From the NCBI RefSeq assembly GCF_036502675.1, contig NZ_DASXYF010000098.1, forward strand, positions 1,118 to 65,117: a stretch of DNA of 64,000 nucleotides, written 5' to 3'. A program made the position numbers and the translations under genes. This document shows, one piece after another, positions 29,213 to 39,164 of the stretch. The DNA comes from Phenylobacterium sp. (GTDB lineage: Bacteria > Pseudomonadota > Alphaproteobacteria > Caulobacterales > Caulobacteraceae). Under the pieces are notes generated by a model, which had not been told where the DNA came from, made no database searches, and saw nothing but the letters and a program-made list of their open reading frames with translations. Within the stretch, counting starts at the first letter, position 1. Every line of letters begins with the position of its first letter.

Positions 29213-30385
29213 ATGGACGCCGCGGACATCACGCCGTTCCGAATCGAAACGCCCGAAGCGGTGTTGAGCGACCTGAGGGAACGCCTCGGCCGCACCCGCT
29301 TTCCCGACCAGCTGAATGACGCCGGCTGGGACTACGGCGCGGACCTGCATTATGTGAAAGAGCTGTGCGATTACTGGCGTGACCGGTTCGACTGGCGCGC
29401 AGCCGAAGCGCGCTTCAACGCCTTTCCGCAATTCGTGACCGAAATCGACGGCGAGCGGCTGCATTTCTATCACGCCCGCTCGCCCGAGGCGGACGCCCTG
29501 CCGTTGATCATCACCCACGGCTGGCCGGGCTCCGTCGCGGAATTCCTGGACGTGCTGGGTCCGCTGAGCGATCCGGCGGCGCATGGCGGCGATGCGCGCG
29601 ACGCGTTCCACGTCATAGCCCCCTCCATTCCCGGATACGGATTTTCGGGACCGACCAAGAAACCCGGGTTCAACGCCAAGCGTGCGGCCGAGGTGAACAC
29701 GGTGCTGATGGAGCGCCTGGGCTATCCAAGATATGGCGCGCAGGGCGGCGACTGGGGATCGGCGATCTCCTCGCAGATGGCCGCGGCCCATCCCGAACGC
29801 CTGGTCGGGCTGCATCTCAACTTCATCGGCGGCCGCCCGGCGGACCCCGGCAATCCCCACGCGGGCCTGAGCGCCGAGGAGATCGAGTACCTGGCGACGA
29901 AGGCCGACTACAACGCCCACGAGACCGGCTACCAGGCGATTCAGAGCACCAAGCCGCAGTCGCTGGCCTACGGCCTCACCGACTCCCCCGCGGGACTGGC
30001 CGCCTGGATCGTCGAGAAATTCCACGCCTGGAGCGATTGCGGCGGCGACGTCGAAACAGTGTACAGTAAGGATCGGCTGCTCGAGAACATCATGCTCTAC
30101 TGGGTGACCGGCACGATCAACGCCTCGATGCGGATGTATTACGAGTCGATGGGCCCGGGGCGGCGGGCGCCCGGCTATGGGGGGCGGATCGAGACGCCGA
30201 CCGGCCATGCGCGCTATCCCGCGGAAGTCCGGCGCACCCCGCGGTCGTGGGCCGAGCAGATGTACAACATCGTCCACTGGACCAAGATGCCCAAGGGCGG
30301 GCATTTCGCGGCGATGGAGCAACCGGAGCTGTTCGTCGAGGATGTCAGGAGCTTCTTCCGACCCCTGCGCCAGCCAGCCAAATAG
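29213..30385 (+). CDS. Epoxide hydrolase (microsomal/EHN type)
   Basis: PFRI, YWRDRFDWR, HGWPGS, PSIPGYGFS, QGGDWG, DSPAGLAAWIVEKF, GGHFAAMEQP. Confidence 0.93.
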   Translation: MDAADITPFRIETPEAVLSDLRERLGRTRFPDQLNDAGWDYGADLHYVKELCDYWRDRFDWRAAEARFNAFPQFVTEIDGERLHFYHARSPEADALPLIITHGWPGSVAEFLDVLGPLSDPAAHGGDARDAFHVIAPSIPGYGFSGPTKKPGFNAKRAAEVNTVLMERLGYPRYGAQGGDWGSAISSQMAAAHPERLVGLHLNFIGGRPADPGNPHAGLSAEEIEYLATKADYNAHETGYQAIQSTKPQSLAYGLTDSPAGLAAWIVEKFHAWSDCGGDVETVYSKDRLLENIMLYWVTGTINASMRMYYESMGPGRRAPGYGGRIETPTGHARYPAEVRRTPRSWAEQMYNIVHWTKMPKGGHFAAMEQPELFVEDVRSFFRPLRQPAK

Positions 30386-30489
30386 CTTCGCCGCCGCCGT
30401 CGATCGAATGTGAACGCGCGATGTCCGGACACGCGCTATGCTGGCGGCATAGAAGCGTGTCCGGTCGGATAAACAGTTGGGAGGCCTTC

Positions 30490-31749
30490 GTGGCGAGTGA
30501 ATCAAGCGTCGCCGACGCCGTTGCAGTCCGGTCGGCCGATCAGCCGAGCCTGCCCCCTCACATTCCCCCCAGCCTTGTCAGGGACATCTCGGACCTTCTC
30601 GCGCCGAATACGCTGGACGACCCCTTTAGCAAGACGGAGGGCATCCACGACAGGCTTCCGCCTATCTTCTACTCGTTGGGCAAGGCCACGATGACGGGTC
30701 ATGGCTCGTGGGTAGTGACCCGCTACGAAGACGTCCGCGAAGTCTATCAGAATGACGCCGTATACTCGAACGCCGGCGCGGCGAATTTCCAGGCGATGGT
30801 GGGTGAGACCTTCCAGATGATCCCGCTGGCGATCGATCCGCCGGACCACGGCAAGTACCGGATCCTGCTGAATCCCTGGTTCTCGCCCAGGGCGATCACT
30901 CTTATGGAGCCGAAGATCCGCGCCACCATCGGCGAGCTGATCGACAGCTTCGCCGACAAGGGCGAATGCGACCTGGCCTACGACTATGGCCGGATCTACC
31001 CCGTGCGCGTGTTCATGGGGCTGATGGGCTTTCCCGAGGAGAAGTTCGAGGACTTCCTCTCCTGGGAGTACGCGATCCTGCACGACATGGGCAACCTGGA
31101 GCGGATGAAGTGGGGCATCTCCAGCGCCCTGGCCTATCTGCGCGGCTATATCGAGGAGGTCCGCAGGACGCCCGTCGACAACCTCACTAGCCATATCGTG
31201 CATGGGACGGTCGAGGGGCGCGGGCTGACCGAGGACGAGATCATCGGCACGGTGTTCTTCCTCTGGGTGGGCGGCCTGGACACCGTGGCGGCGACGACGG
31301 CGCTGATGTTTCGGCGGCTGGCGCTGGACCCGGCGCTGCAGCAGACCCTGCGCGACAATCCGGACCAGATCCCGGAAGCCATCGAAGAGTTCCTGCGCAT
31401 GCAGCCGATCGTCAATTCCGGACGGTCGGCCAAGCACGACCATGAGCTTGCCGGCGTCCAGATCAAGAAGGGCGAGTACATCATGTGCCTGAACGCGGCG
31501 GGCAACTTCGACCCGGCCGAGTTCGAGGAACCGCGCACGTTCCGCCTGGACCGCCCCTCCAACCGCCACTTCACCCTGGCGGGCGGGCCGCACCGCTGCC
31601 TGGGCTCGCACCTGGCGCGGCGGGAGCTGCGCATCGCCCTGAGCGAGTTCCTCGAGCGCATCCCCCCGTTCCGGATGAAACCCGGAGCCGACCGCACGGT
31701 GGTCCCGGGCCTGATCGCCGCCCCCCACCTGCCGATCGTCTGGGGCTAG
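30490..31749 (+). CDS. Cytochrome P450 (paralog of 25968-27218)
   Basis: DPPDHGKYR, GGLDTV, EEFLR, GPHRCLG; GTG start after GGAGG. Confidence 0.95.
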   Translation: MASESSVADAVAVRSADQPSLPPHIPPSLVRDISDLLAPNTLDDPFSKTEGIHDRLPPIFYSLGKATMTGHGSWVVTRYEDVREVYQNDAVYSNAGAANFQAMVGETFQMIPLAIDPPDHGKYRILLNPWFSPRAITLMEPKIRATIGELIDSFADKGECDLAYDYGRIYPVRVFMGLMGFPEEKFEDFLSWEYAILHDMGNLERMKWGISSALAYLRGYIEEVRRTPVDNLTSHIVHGTVEGRGLTEDEIIGTVFFLWVGGLDTVAATTALMFRRLALDPALQQTLRDNPDQIPEAIEEFLRMQPIVNSGRSAKHDHELAGVQIKKGEYIMCLNAAGNFDPAEFEEPRTFRLDRPSNRHFTLAGGPHRCLGSHLARRELRIALSEFLERIPPFRMKPGADRTVVPGLIAAPHLPIVWG

Positions 31750-31851
31750 AACATGTCTGGTTCTCCTCGAACCAAACATGCTCGGCAAGTCTTTGAAATA
31801 GAGCGTGACGGTCGCCGGAACCGGCTTCCACTTCCGGCTATCATGCTCCAG
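31746..31851. repeat. Palindromic intergenic element, copy 2 (longer); CIR/Bru-RS-like
   Basis: CTAGAACATG...CATGCTC...GCAAGTCTTTGAAATAGAGCGTGA...CACTTCCGGCTATCATGCTCCAG; shares about 65 nt with 3094-3161. Confidence 0.8.
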
Positions 31852-31862
31852 GCCGCGGGACG

Positions 31863-34061
31863 CTAGAAGCGATAGTCGGCGCGGACGCCCCACGTCGCCG
31901 GCTCGGCCTCCACGTGATAGTCGCCGAAGGCGGTGCCGGTGAGGACGATATAGTAGCGCTCGTCCGTGACGTTGTTGCCGAAGGCGGTAAGCGTCCAGTG
32001 GTCGCCCGGCGCGCGCCAGGCGGCCTGCAGGTTGACGAGGGTTATGTCGCCCTGGCGGTAGCGGTAGCCGCTGCCGTTCAGGCCAAGGTCGCTCTTGGTC
32101 GGTGAATAGGGGCTGGAATAGGACACGTTCGCGGTCAGCACCACGTCGCCGAAGCCGATGGGGACCGTGTAGTCGCCGCCGACATTGAAGGTCCAGTCCG
32201 GGGCCCGCACGATCTGCTGTCCGCTCTGGTCCTGCGTGCACGGCACGGTGGCGGGCGGCGGGGCGGTGTTGGGGCAGCTGGCCGAGTTCAGGCCCGTCGT
32301 GGCGCTGGGCAGGTTGACCGGGGCGTTGCGGAAGTCCTTGTAGCGCGCGTGGTTGTAGGCCACGGCGGCACGGGCGTTGAACTGTTGGCTCAGGCGCGCG
32401 CTGAGCTGGGCCTCGACCCCATAGATCTTGGCCGTCGCAGCATTGGCGATTATGGAGCTGTTGACGCCGTTGATGACGGAAATCGAGCTCACCTGCAGGT
32501 TCTTGTAATCGTAATAATAACCCGCCAGGTCGAACCGGAACGCGCCCTGCGCCGTCTTGAAGCCGACCTCGTAGGCGGTAAGCTTCTCAGGTTGGACGAT
32601 GTTGAACGGCGCCGTCGTGCTGATGAGGCCGCTCTTGAAGCCCTTGCTGAACGAGGCGTAGACGTTGCTGTCCGGCGTCAGCTCATAGCGCAGCACCGCT
32701 CGAGGGGTGACGCTATGGAAGGTGGCCGACTTCTGCAGCAGCAGGGCGCCGGCGCCCGACCAGATGATGACGCCCTTCTTCTCGTGGCTGTAGCGCAGAC
32801 CGCCGGTCAGGTAGAGGCGATCGGCCATGTGCCAGGTGGCGTCGGCATAGGCCGCATAGGCGGTCGCATCGATCACGCTGTCGTTCTGGGGCAGGAAGAC
32901 CGTCGACGGGGCGGCGCGGACGAAGTTGTCGTCCGCCCGGGACCGCGAGTTGAAATAGAACAAACCCAGCACATAGCTGAGCGGATCCGTCTTCGTGGAG
33001 GTGAGGTTCACCTCCTGCGAGAAGGCGCGGCCGTACTCGTGGAAGTTCTGGTCGTAGACGGGCCTGGCCGAGCCGTCGATCTCGTAGCTCGAGAAATCGC
33101 GCTCCTTCTCGATGCGGGTGAAGGAGGTGAGGGTGGCCCAGCCCAGCCGGTACTCGCCCTTCAGCGACGCTGAATTCTGGAACGACCGGTTGATCACCGG
33201 GTGGTTCAGCGAGGTCAGGTTGCGCCCCTTCTCCACGTAGCTGCCGGGGAAGAGGACCTGGGCCAGCGCTCGCCCATCGTAGGTGACCGCCAGGCCCCGG
33301 CCGTCGGAGACCTTGAGGGTCTCGCCGGTCAGGGTGAGGGTGAGGTCGTCGTTGGGTTGGAACCGCGCCTTGGCGTTCAGCGAATAGTTGCTGAGCGGCG
33401 CGGTGTTGAAGCCGGAGATGTCTTTGATGTAGCCGTCGCTCTTGCGGTAGTAGCCGGCGACGTTGACGGCCAGGACCTCGGAGACCGGCGTCGAGAAATA
33501 GGCCTGTACGCGTTTGTCGGCGAAGCGGCCGTAGCCCAGGCTGAACCGCCCGGACCGTTCGGTCATCGAGGGCTGCAGCGTCTCGATCAGCAGGGCGCCG
33601 CCGGTGGCGTTGCGCCCGAACAGCGTGCCCTGCGGGCCCTTCAGCACCGACACCTGGCTGATGTTGGCCAGGTCGAGGTTCAGGCCGCGCTGGAACGGCA
33701 GGTAGAAGCCGTCGACGTAGACGGCGACGTTGTTCTCCTGCCCGGCGCCGACCAGCTGGGTGGTGACCCCGCGCACCGCCGGCTGGACGTAGACCCCCGT
33801 ACGGCTGAGCTGGACCCCGGGAGCGATCTTGGAGATGTCCTCCAGCCGGGTGATCCCCGCCCGCTCCAGGGTCTCGCCGGACGCCGCGGTGATGGAGATC
33901 GGCACGTCCTCGAGGCGCTCGGCGCGCTTCTGGGCGGTGACGACCACCTCCTCGATCGTGGACGGGGGCGACGTCTCCTGGGCGTGGGCCGCGCCGGCGG
34001 CCAGAAGCGCCGTCGTCGCCAGCATGATGAGCCGCCGTGAAGGCCGATGTGAGTGAGCCAA
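31863..34061 (-). CDS. TonB-dependent receptor
   Basis: IEEVVVTAQKR, VLKGPQGTLFGRNATGG, C-terminal YRF. TTG start after GGGAGG is inferred. Confidence 0.93.
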   Translation of the reverse strand: MAHSHRPSRRLIMLATTALLAAGAAHAQETSPPSTIEEVVVTAQKRAERLEDVPISITAASGETLERAGITRLEDISKIAPGVQLSRTGVYVQPAVRGVTTQLVGAGQENNVAVYVDGFYLPFQRGLNLDLANISQVSVLKGPQGTLFGRNATGGALLIETLQPSMTERSGRFSLGYGRFADKRVQAYFSTPVSEVLAVNVAGYYRKSDGYIKDISGFNTAPLSNYSLNAKARFQPNDDLTLTLTGETLKVSDGRGLAVTYDGRALAQVLFPGSYVEKGRNLTSLNHPVINRSFQNSASLKGEYRLGWATLTSFTRIEKERDFSSYEIDGSARPVYDQNFHEYGRAFSQEVNLTSTKTDPLSYVLGLFYFNSRSRADDNFVRAAPSTVFLPQNDSVIDATAYAAYADATWHMADRLYLTGGLRYSHEKKGVIIWSGAGALLLQKSATFHSVTPRAVLRYELTPDSNVYASFSKGFKSGLISTTAPFNIVQPEKLTAYEVGFKTAQGAFRFDLAGYYYDYKNLQVSSISVINGVNSSIIANAATAKIYGVEAQLSARLSQQFNARAAVAYNHARYKDFRNAPVNLPSATTGLNSASCPNTAPPPATVPCTQDQSGQQIVRAPDWTFNVGGDYTVPIGFGDVVLTANVSYSSPYSPTKSDLGLNGSGYRYRQGDITLVNLQAAWRAPGDHWTLTAFGNNVTDERYYIVLTGTAFGDYHVEAEPATWGVRADYRF

Positions 34062-34174
34062 GTTCGCCTCCCCAAAGGATGTTCGCCAAGCGGCCAGCGC
34101 GCCCTCGGCATTTTGCGGGACGCTATGGCCAAACCCGTGGAGCTGCAACCGGTTCATGCGATTAACGATTGGTC

Positions 34175-34189
34175 GGACGATAATCGTAC
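34175..34189. promoter_or_regulatory. PcaR/PobR-type IclR operator
   Basis: GGACGATAATCGTAC imperfect palindrome resembling the PcaR box GTTCGATAATCGCAC; lies between the divergent TBDR and IclR genes. Confidence 0.55.
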
Positions 34190-34243
34190 AACTGGCGACG
34201 GAATGTTTTGATTAGCGATCGCGGCCGGAATACCTAGGCCGGC

Positions 34244-35092
34244 ATGTCGTCCAAGAACCTCCAGTCGAAGCGTCCCGCAACGGCCGCCGCATCGTCCCGC
34301 CCGCCGTCCGAAGCGGAAGGTCTCGACCGTTGGACAGGGGACCCGTCGTTCATGCTCTCCCTGGCGCGGGGGCTGCTTGTGCTCGACGTGATCGCGAAAG
34401 CGCGCGGCCGCCCGGTCTCGGTCACGCAACTGGCGAACCTGACCGGGCTGTCCCGGCCGACCGCCCGAAGGTGCCTCTATACGCTCGACGCCATCGGCTA
34501 CGTTCAGAAGGCGACCGACGGCGGGGCGCCGGGGCCGCGCCTGGCGGCGCTCGCCTCCAGCTACCTGTCGTCGTCTCCGCTGCTGTCAGGCCACGAGCCC
34601 GTCCTGACGCGCTTGCGCGACGTCACGAAGCAGACCGTCATCTTCGGGACCTTTCAGGATCAGGAACCCCTGTTCCTTGCGAATTTCCCCGGCGACAACC
34701 CCTTCAACATCAATGTCCCGATCAGTTCTCGAATCCCGCTGTATTCCACGTCGATGGGGCGAGTGCTTCTGGCGCATATGGCCGCCGAAGACCTCGAGGA
34801 TTACCTCGCCCGCACCAGCATGGTCCCGCGCACCGCGCGGACCATCACCACACGAGACAGGCTTCTGCCGGCATTGGCGGAGGTTCGCGCGCGCGGGTAC
34901 GCCCTGGTCGATCAGGAAATCGAACTTGGACTGAGATCCATCTCCGTTCCCGTGCATAACCGCGCGGGCAAGGTGGTCGCCTGGATCAACATAAACACGC
35001 TGGCCGCAGCGACGACGGTGCGGGAACTCCGGTCGCGGATCGCCCCCGCGATGACCGCTGCGGCGTCAGAACTCTCCGCGCTTTTGCCCTGA
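34244..35092 (+). CDS. IclR-family regulator (PcaR/PobR subfamily)
   Basis: FMLSLARGL, GLSRPTARRCLYTL..GYV, TSMGRVLLA, GYALVDQEIELGLRSISVP. Confidence 0.92.
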   Translation: MSSKNLQSKRPATAAASSRPPSEAEGLDRWTGDPSFMLSLARGLLVLDVIAKARGRPVSVTQLANLTGLSRPTARRCLYTLDAIGYVQKATDGGAPGPRLAALASSYLSSSPLLSGHEPVLTRLRDVTKQTVIFGTFQDQEPLFLANFPGDNPFNINVPISSRIPLYSTSMGRVLLAHMAAEDLEDYLARTSMVPRTARTITTRDRLLPALAEVRARGYALVDQEIELGLRSISVPVHNRAGKVVAWININTLAAATTVRELRSRIAPAMTAAASELSALLP

Positions 35093-35258
35093 CGGCCTCC
35101 CGGCGACCGTGGAAAGTCGATGATCGCAAGGGCGCCGATCATGCGCTAGAGACGCGCATCGCCGGTAAGCTCTGCAAGCCGGCGATGAACGACCGTTATC
35201 GGAGCGCAGACGTCGAGACCACGCCACCGGGCGCCCGGACCTGACTGAAGGACAAGCC

Positions 35259-36116
35259 ATGCCTCTCGACTATGACGACCTGATCTCGCGCCGGGGCGAG
35301 GAACGAGCGTTCAGCTATGTCGATACGCAGGTGATGCTCTACAACCTCAGCGTGGGCATGGGCCGCGATCCGCTCGACGCCAAGGAGGCGCCCTACGTCT
35401 TCGAACTGCCGGCCCTGCGCGCGGTGCCGACGGCGGTGACCGTCCTGGGGGGCGGCGGCGGCAACATCCTGGCGGGCGTCGACATCGACCGGACCAAGTT
35501 GCTGCACGGCGAGCAGCGCATCACCCTGCACCGTCCCCTCCCCCCCTCGGCGCAGCTGATCGGCAGCTCGCGCATCTCCGAGGTCACCGACAAGGGCGCC
35601 GACAAGGGCGCCATCATCGCCATGGCCAGCGACGTGCGGCTGGCCTCGGGCGAACCGCTCTACACCTCGGAGGCCGTGATGTTCCTTCGGGGCGACGGCG
35701 GCTTCGGCGGGCCGTCCAAGTCAAGATTTACGCCCCACGTCATGCCGGACCGGGCGCCGGACCTGACCCACGTCACGGAGACGCGGCCCGACCAGGCCCT
35801 GCTCTACCGCCTGAACGGCGACCGCAACCCGCTGCACGCCCAGGCCGAGTTCGCCACGCGGGCGGGTTTCCCCGCCCCGATCCTGCACGGCCTCTGCAGC
35901 TACGGAATCGCCTGCCGGGCCGTGCTGGCCAGCGTCTGCGACTACGATGCGGCGCGGATCAAAAGCTTCGGCGTGCGCTTCACCTCGCCGGTGTTCCCCG
36001 GCGAGACCATCGCCACCGACATCTGGGTCGACGGCGAGGTGGTCTCCTTCCGCTGCCGCGTCGAGGCGCGCGGCGTCACCTCGCTCAACAACGGCCGCTG
36101 CATCATCTCGGCCTGA
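35259..36116 (+). CDS. MaoC double-hotdog (R)-enoyl-CoA hydratase
   Basis: LLHGEQ, DKGA, RGDGGFGG, YRLNGDRNPLH, PILHGLC. Confidence 0.92.
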   Translation: MPLDYDDLISRRGEERAFSYVDTQVMLYNLSVGMGRDPLDAKEAPYVFELPALRAVPTAVTVLGGGGGNILAGVDIDRTKLLHGEQRITLHRPLPPSAQLIGSSRISEVTDKGADKGAIIAMASDVRLASGEPLYTSEAVMFLRGDGGFGGPSKSRFTPHVMPDRAPDLTHVTETRPDQALLYRLNGDRNPLHAQAEFATRAGFPAPILHGLCSYGIACRAVLASVCDYDAARIKSFGVRFTSPVFPGETIATDIWVDGEVVSFRCRVEARGVTSLNNGRCIISA

Positions 36117-36158
36117 GGAAACTGGACACGCCGCGGCGGACCCGCCGGCAGGACCGGT

Positions 36159-37754
36159 TCACGTCGTCCGCTGTCGCGCCTGCAGCAGGTCCCGCTCAAG
36201 ATAGGCGGCGGGAAGCCGGCGCACCGCAAACAGCAGAAGCAGAATCGAGCCGGGAACGAGGATATAGAGACAGGACAACCCTGTTCGAATCGACCCGGTA
36301 AGATCGGCGATGCGACCCACGGCGTAGGGTCCGGTCGAGCCGGCGATCAGCGTCAGACAGCAGACGTACAGCGCCGCGGCCCGCGCCCGCATCATAGGCA
36401 GCACGAGGTCCTGCATCAGAGCGGTGACGCCGGCGGGCCACGCCCCGAGGAACACCATCAGCGCCGCGGTGGCCAAGACGAACTCGACCTTGTTCCCGGC
36501 GGTCAGGATGACCGTGAGGAGGATCGCTCCCGCCCCCGCGCAGATGGCGGCAATGTAGAGGGGCGCGGCGCGATCGACACGCCGCCACCGGTCGGCCGCG
36601 AAGCCGCCTATGAGCGTTCCGAGCAGGGAACCGCCGCCGATCGCGGCGCCGAGAGAGCCCCCGGCTTCGGCATAGCTCATGCCGAACTGGCGCGTGGCGA
36701 ACGGGATCGACCAGAACGACATGGTTCCATGCAGGGCCGCCACCATCGCCCCGCCGAAGATGACCGCCCAGAAGATCGGCGACCCGACGGTCAATCGGCA
36801 GAACGCGGGGTCGCGATAGGGCTGCGCCTGGCACCAGGAGATCAGCCCGTAGGCGGCCACCCCCACCGCCAGCCACTGGGCGACGCTGCCGGTAAGCCAC
36901 ACCAGCAGCACGGCGACCATCGCGACAGCCGCGCCGGCGGCCAAGTTGATCGTCCCGGCCCGCGCGCCCCCGAGCCTCCAGATCTGGAACGTCGCGAACG
37001 GCGGGACCAGGAGCGAAAGCTCATGGACGCCTTCGGCGAAGGGCTTCGCCTTTCCGGCGGAGAGCGCGATTTTCTCCTGGACGGGCTCGCCCACGAGAAG
37101 CGCGAGCGCGGCGACCACCAGCCCGGGCAGGCCGAAGACGATGAACGCAGCCTGCCACCCCTTGAGAGCGCACAGGCCGACGCCGCACTGGCCGGGCCAG
37201 TTCTGGACCAGCCAGCCGCCAAGGGCCAGGCTCAGGCTGATTCCGATGAACGGGCCGCAGAGGAAGATCGAAAAGACCAAACCCCGGCGGCGCGCCGTGA
37301 AGACGTCGGCCAACATCGAATAGCCCACCGAGCCGATCGTCGCTTCGCCGACGCCCACGCCGATGCGCGCCAGCACCAGCTGGACATAGCTTGTGGCCGC
37401 CCCGGACAGCATCGTCATCCCCGACCACAGCCCGACGCCGAACATCAGCAACCGGTTCCTGCGCCATCGGTCGCCGACGCCGCCCATCGCGATGCCGACG
37501 ATCGCGTTGAACAGGACGAAGCTGGTGCCCGCCATGAAGCCAAGCTGGGCGTCGGTCATCCCGAGGTCGTGCTTGATCGGTCCGGCGAGCGCCCCGAGGA
37601 CGGCGCGGTCCGCGTAGTTCAGCACATTGGCCGCGACCAGCACCGCCAGGACGAACAGCTTGTAGGCGGTCTTCAGCTCGGAGGCCGCATCAAGCTTCGG
37701 CGCGACGCCGCTTACCGGATCGTCCTTCGCCGCTTCGCGACTGGCGTCGTGCAT
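36159..37754 (-). CDS. MFS transporter (spinster-like)
   Basis: NYADR, DRWRR motif A, RIGVGVGEA, GWQAAF..GLPG; 12 or more TM segments. Confidence 0.9.
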   Translation of the reverse strand: MHDASREAAKDDPVSGVAPKLDAASELKTAYKLFVLAVLVAANVLNYADRAVLGALAGPIKHDLGMTDAQLGFMAGTSFVLFNAIVGIAMGGVGDRWRRNRLLMFGVGLWSGMTMLSGAATSYVQLVLARIGVGVGEATIGSVGYSMLADVFTARRRGLVFSIFLCGPFIGISLSLALGGWLVQNWPGQCGVGLCALKGWQAAFIVFGLPGLVVAALALLVGEPVQEKIALSAGKAKPFAEGVHELSLLVPPFATFQIWRLGGARAGTINLAAGAAVAMVAVLLVWLTGSVAQWLAVGVAAYGLISWCQAQPYRDPAFCRLTVGSPIFWAVIFGGAMVAALHGTMSFWSIPFATRQFGMSYAEAGGSLGAAIGGGSLLGTLIGGFAADRWRRVDRAAPLYIAAICAGAGAILLTVILTAGNKVEFVLATAALMVFLGAWPAGVTALMQDLVLPMMRARAAALYVCCLTLIAGSTGPYAVGRIADLTGSIRTGLSCLYILVPGSILLLLFAVRRLPAAYLERDLLQARQRTT

Positions 37755-37991
37755 CGGAACCCCCCTCATGGACCTGCCGCGCCGGGCTTCCGTCGCGCCG
37801 CCGTTCCACCGGGCCGGCGCCGGCGTCCACCGAAGATCCCGTGCGGCGCAAGAGGTTCGCGGGCGGCGTGCGGAGCGGCATGTCCGCTGCGCGAAATGGC
37901 CCACAGTCCCTGCGCGAGCAACTGTGGGCCACCCTCTGACGTGGCGATCGTGGCCGGGCGAACCGCCTGGATCGAGAGCCGATCGCCTGCG

Positions 37992-39164
37992 TCAGCTCAC
38001 GGGAATGTTGTAGACCCTGGCGGCGTTGCCGCCGAAGATCTTGCGGCGTTCCTCGTGGGTGAATTCCGCGGCGGTCTCGGCCATGAAGTTCACCGGGTCG
38101 GGATAGAGGCAGACCGGGTGCGGGAAGTCCGTCTCGAACATGACGTTGTCGACGCCCAGCGCCCGCGCCGACTGCGCCAGCCCCCGCCGCTCGAACCAGG
38201 AGCAGGCATAGATCTGCCGGCGGAACAGCTCGATCGGGGTGAGCTCGCACTTAATGCCGGAATCCTTCATGTGGTACTCGAGAGATTCCAGCATGAACGG
38301 GATCCAGCCGACGCCGCTTTCCACCGAGACGATGTTGAGCTTCGGGAACTTCTCCAGGAATCGGGAGAGAATGATGTTGGCCAGGATCTGATAGTTGCTG
38401 ACGAACATCATCGAGCCGCCGAACGCCATCTTGCCCTCGGTTTCGTGCGTCGGCCAGACGCCGGAGCCGAACCAGGCCGTCGATTCGAAACCGGAGCCGA
38501 TGTGGAAGTTGACCGGCAGGCCGAGATCCGAGCACAACTCCCAGAGCGGGAACCAGTGCTTGTCGCCCAGAACGGGCATGCCCTGGCCCTCCGGCACGCT
38601 GTTGGTGTTGACGCCGCGCAGCCCCGCCTTCTGGCAACGCTCCGCCTCGGCGAGGCTCTGCTTGATGTCCCACCACGGCATCAGCGCCATCGGGAAGATC
38701 CGGTCGCCCGACGCCTTCTGGTACTCGATCATGGCGTCGTTGTAGATCTGGGTGGTCACCCACCGCAGATCCGGGTCGACGCCCATCGACTTCTGGTTTC
38801 CGAAGCCCAGCAGGTTCGGATAGGCGATCTGCGCGGCGATGCCGGATTCGTCCATGTAGGCCAGGCGCGCCTTGACGTCGTAGGCGCCTTCGAAGACCTC
38901 TTCGAACTTCCACTTGGTGAGGGCGTTCCCGTGCCCCTTGGACCCGTCGCGGCGGATGGTGCTGATCGCGAAGGCGGGGCCCATCCGCTTGTCGCCGTCG
39001 ATCACCCAGATGAGTTCGCCGTCGACTTCCTTCACCTGGGGCACGCGGGCCTTGTAGGCGGCCGGGGCGCGCGAGGTCCAAAGATCGTAGACCTCCGCGA
39101 TGTGGGTGTCGGCGTCGATGACGGTGACGCCGGCCATCACGGGCGGCTTGGTGAGGATATTCAT
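37992..39164 (-). CDS. Amidohydrolase_2-family metalloenzyme
   Basis: DADTH, PVNFHIG, VESGVGWIP, FETDFPHP, NAARVY. Confidence 0.9.
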   Translation of the reverse strand: MNILTKPPVMAGVTVIDADTHIAEVYDLWTSRAPAAYKARVPQVKEVDGELIWVIDGDKRMGPAFAISTIRRDGSKGHGNALTKWKFEEVFEGAYDVKARLAYMDESGIAAQIAYPNLLGFGNQKSMGVDPDLRWVTTQIYNDAMIEYQKASGDRIFPMALMPWWDIKQSLAEAERCQKAGLRGVNTNSVPEGQGMPVLGDKHWFPLWELCSDLGLPVNFHIGSGFESTAWFGSGVWPTHETEGKMAFGGSMMFVSNYQILANIILSRFLEKFPKLNIVSVESGVGWIPFMLESLEYHMKDSGIKCELTPIELFRRQIYACSWFERRGLAQSARALGVDNVMFETDFPHPVCLYPDPVNFMAETAAEFTHEERRKIFGGNAARVYNIPVS

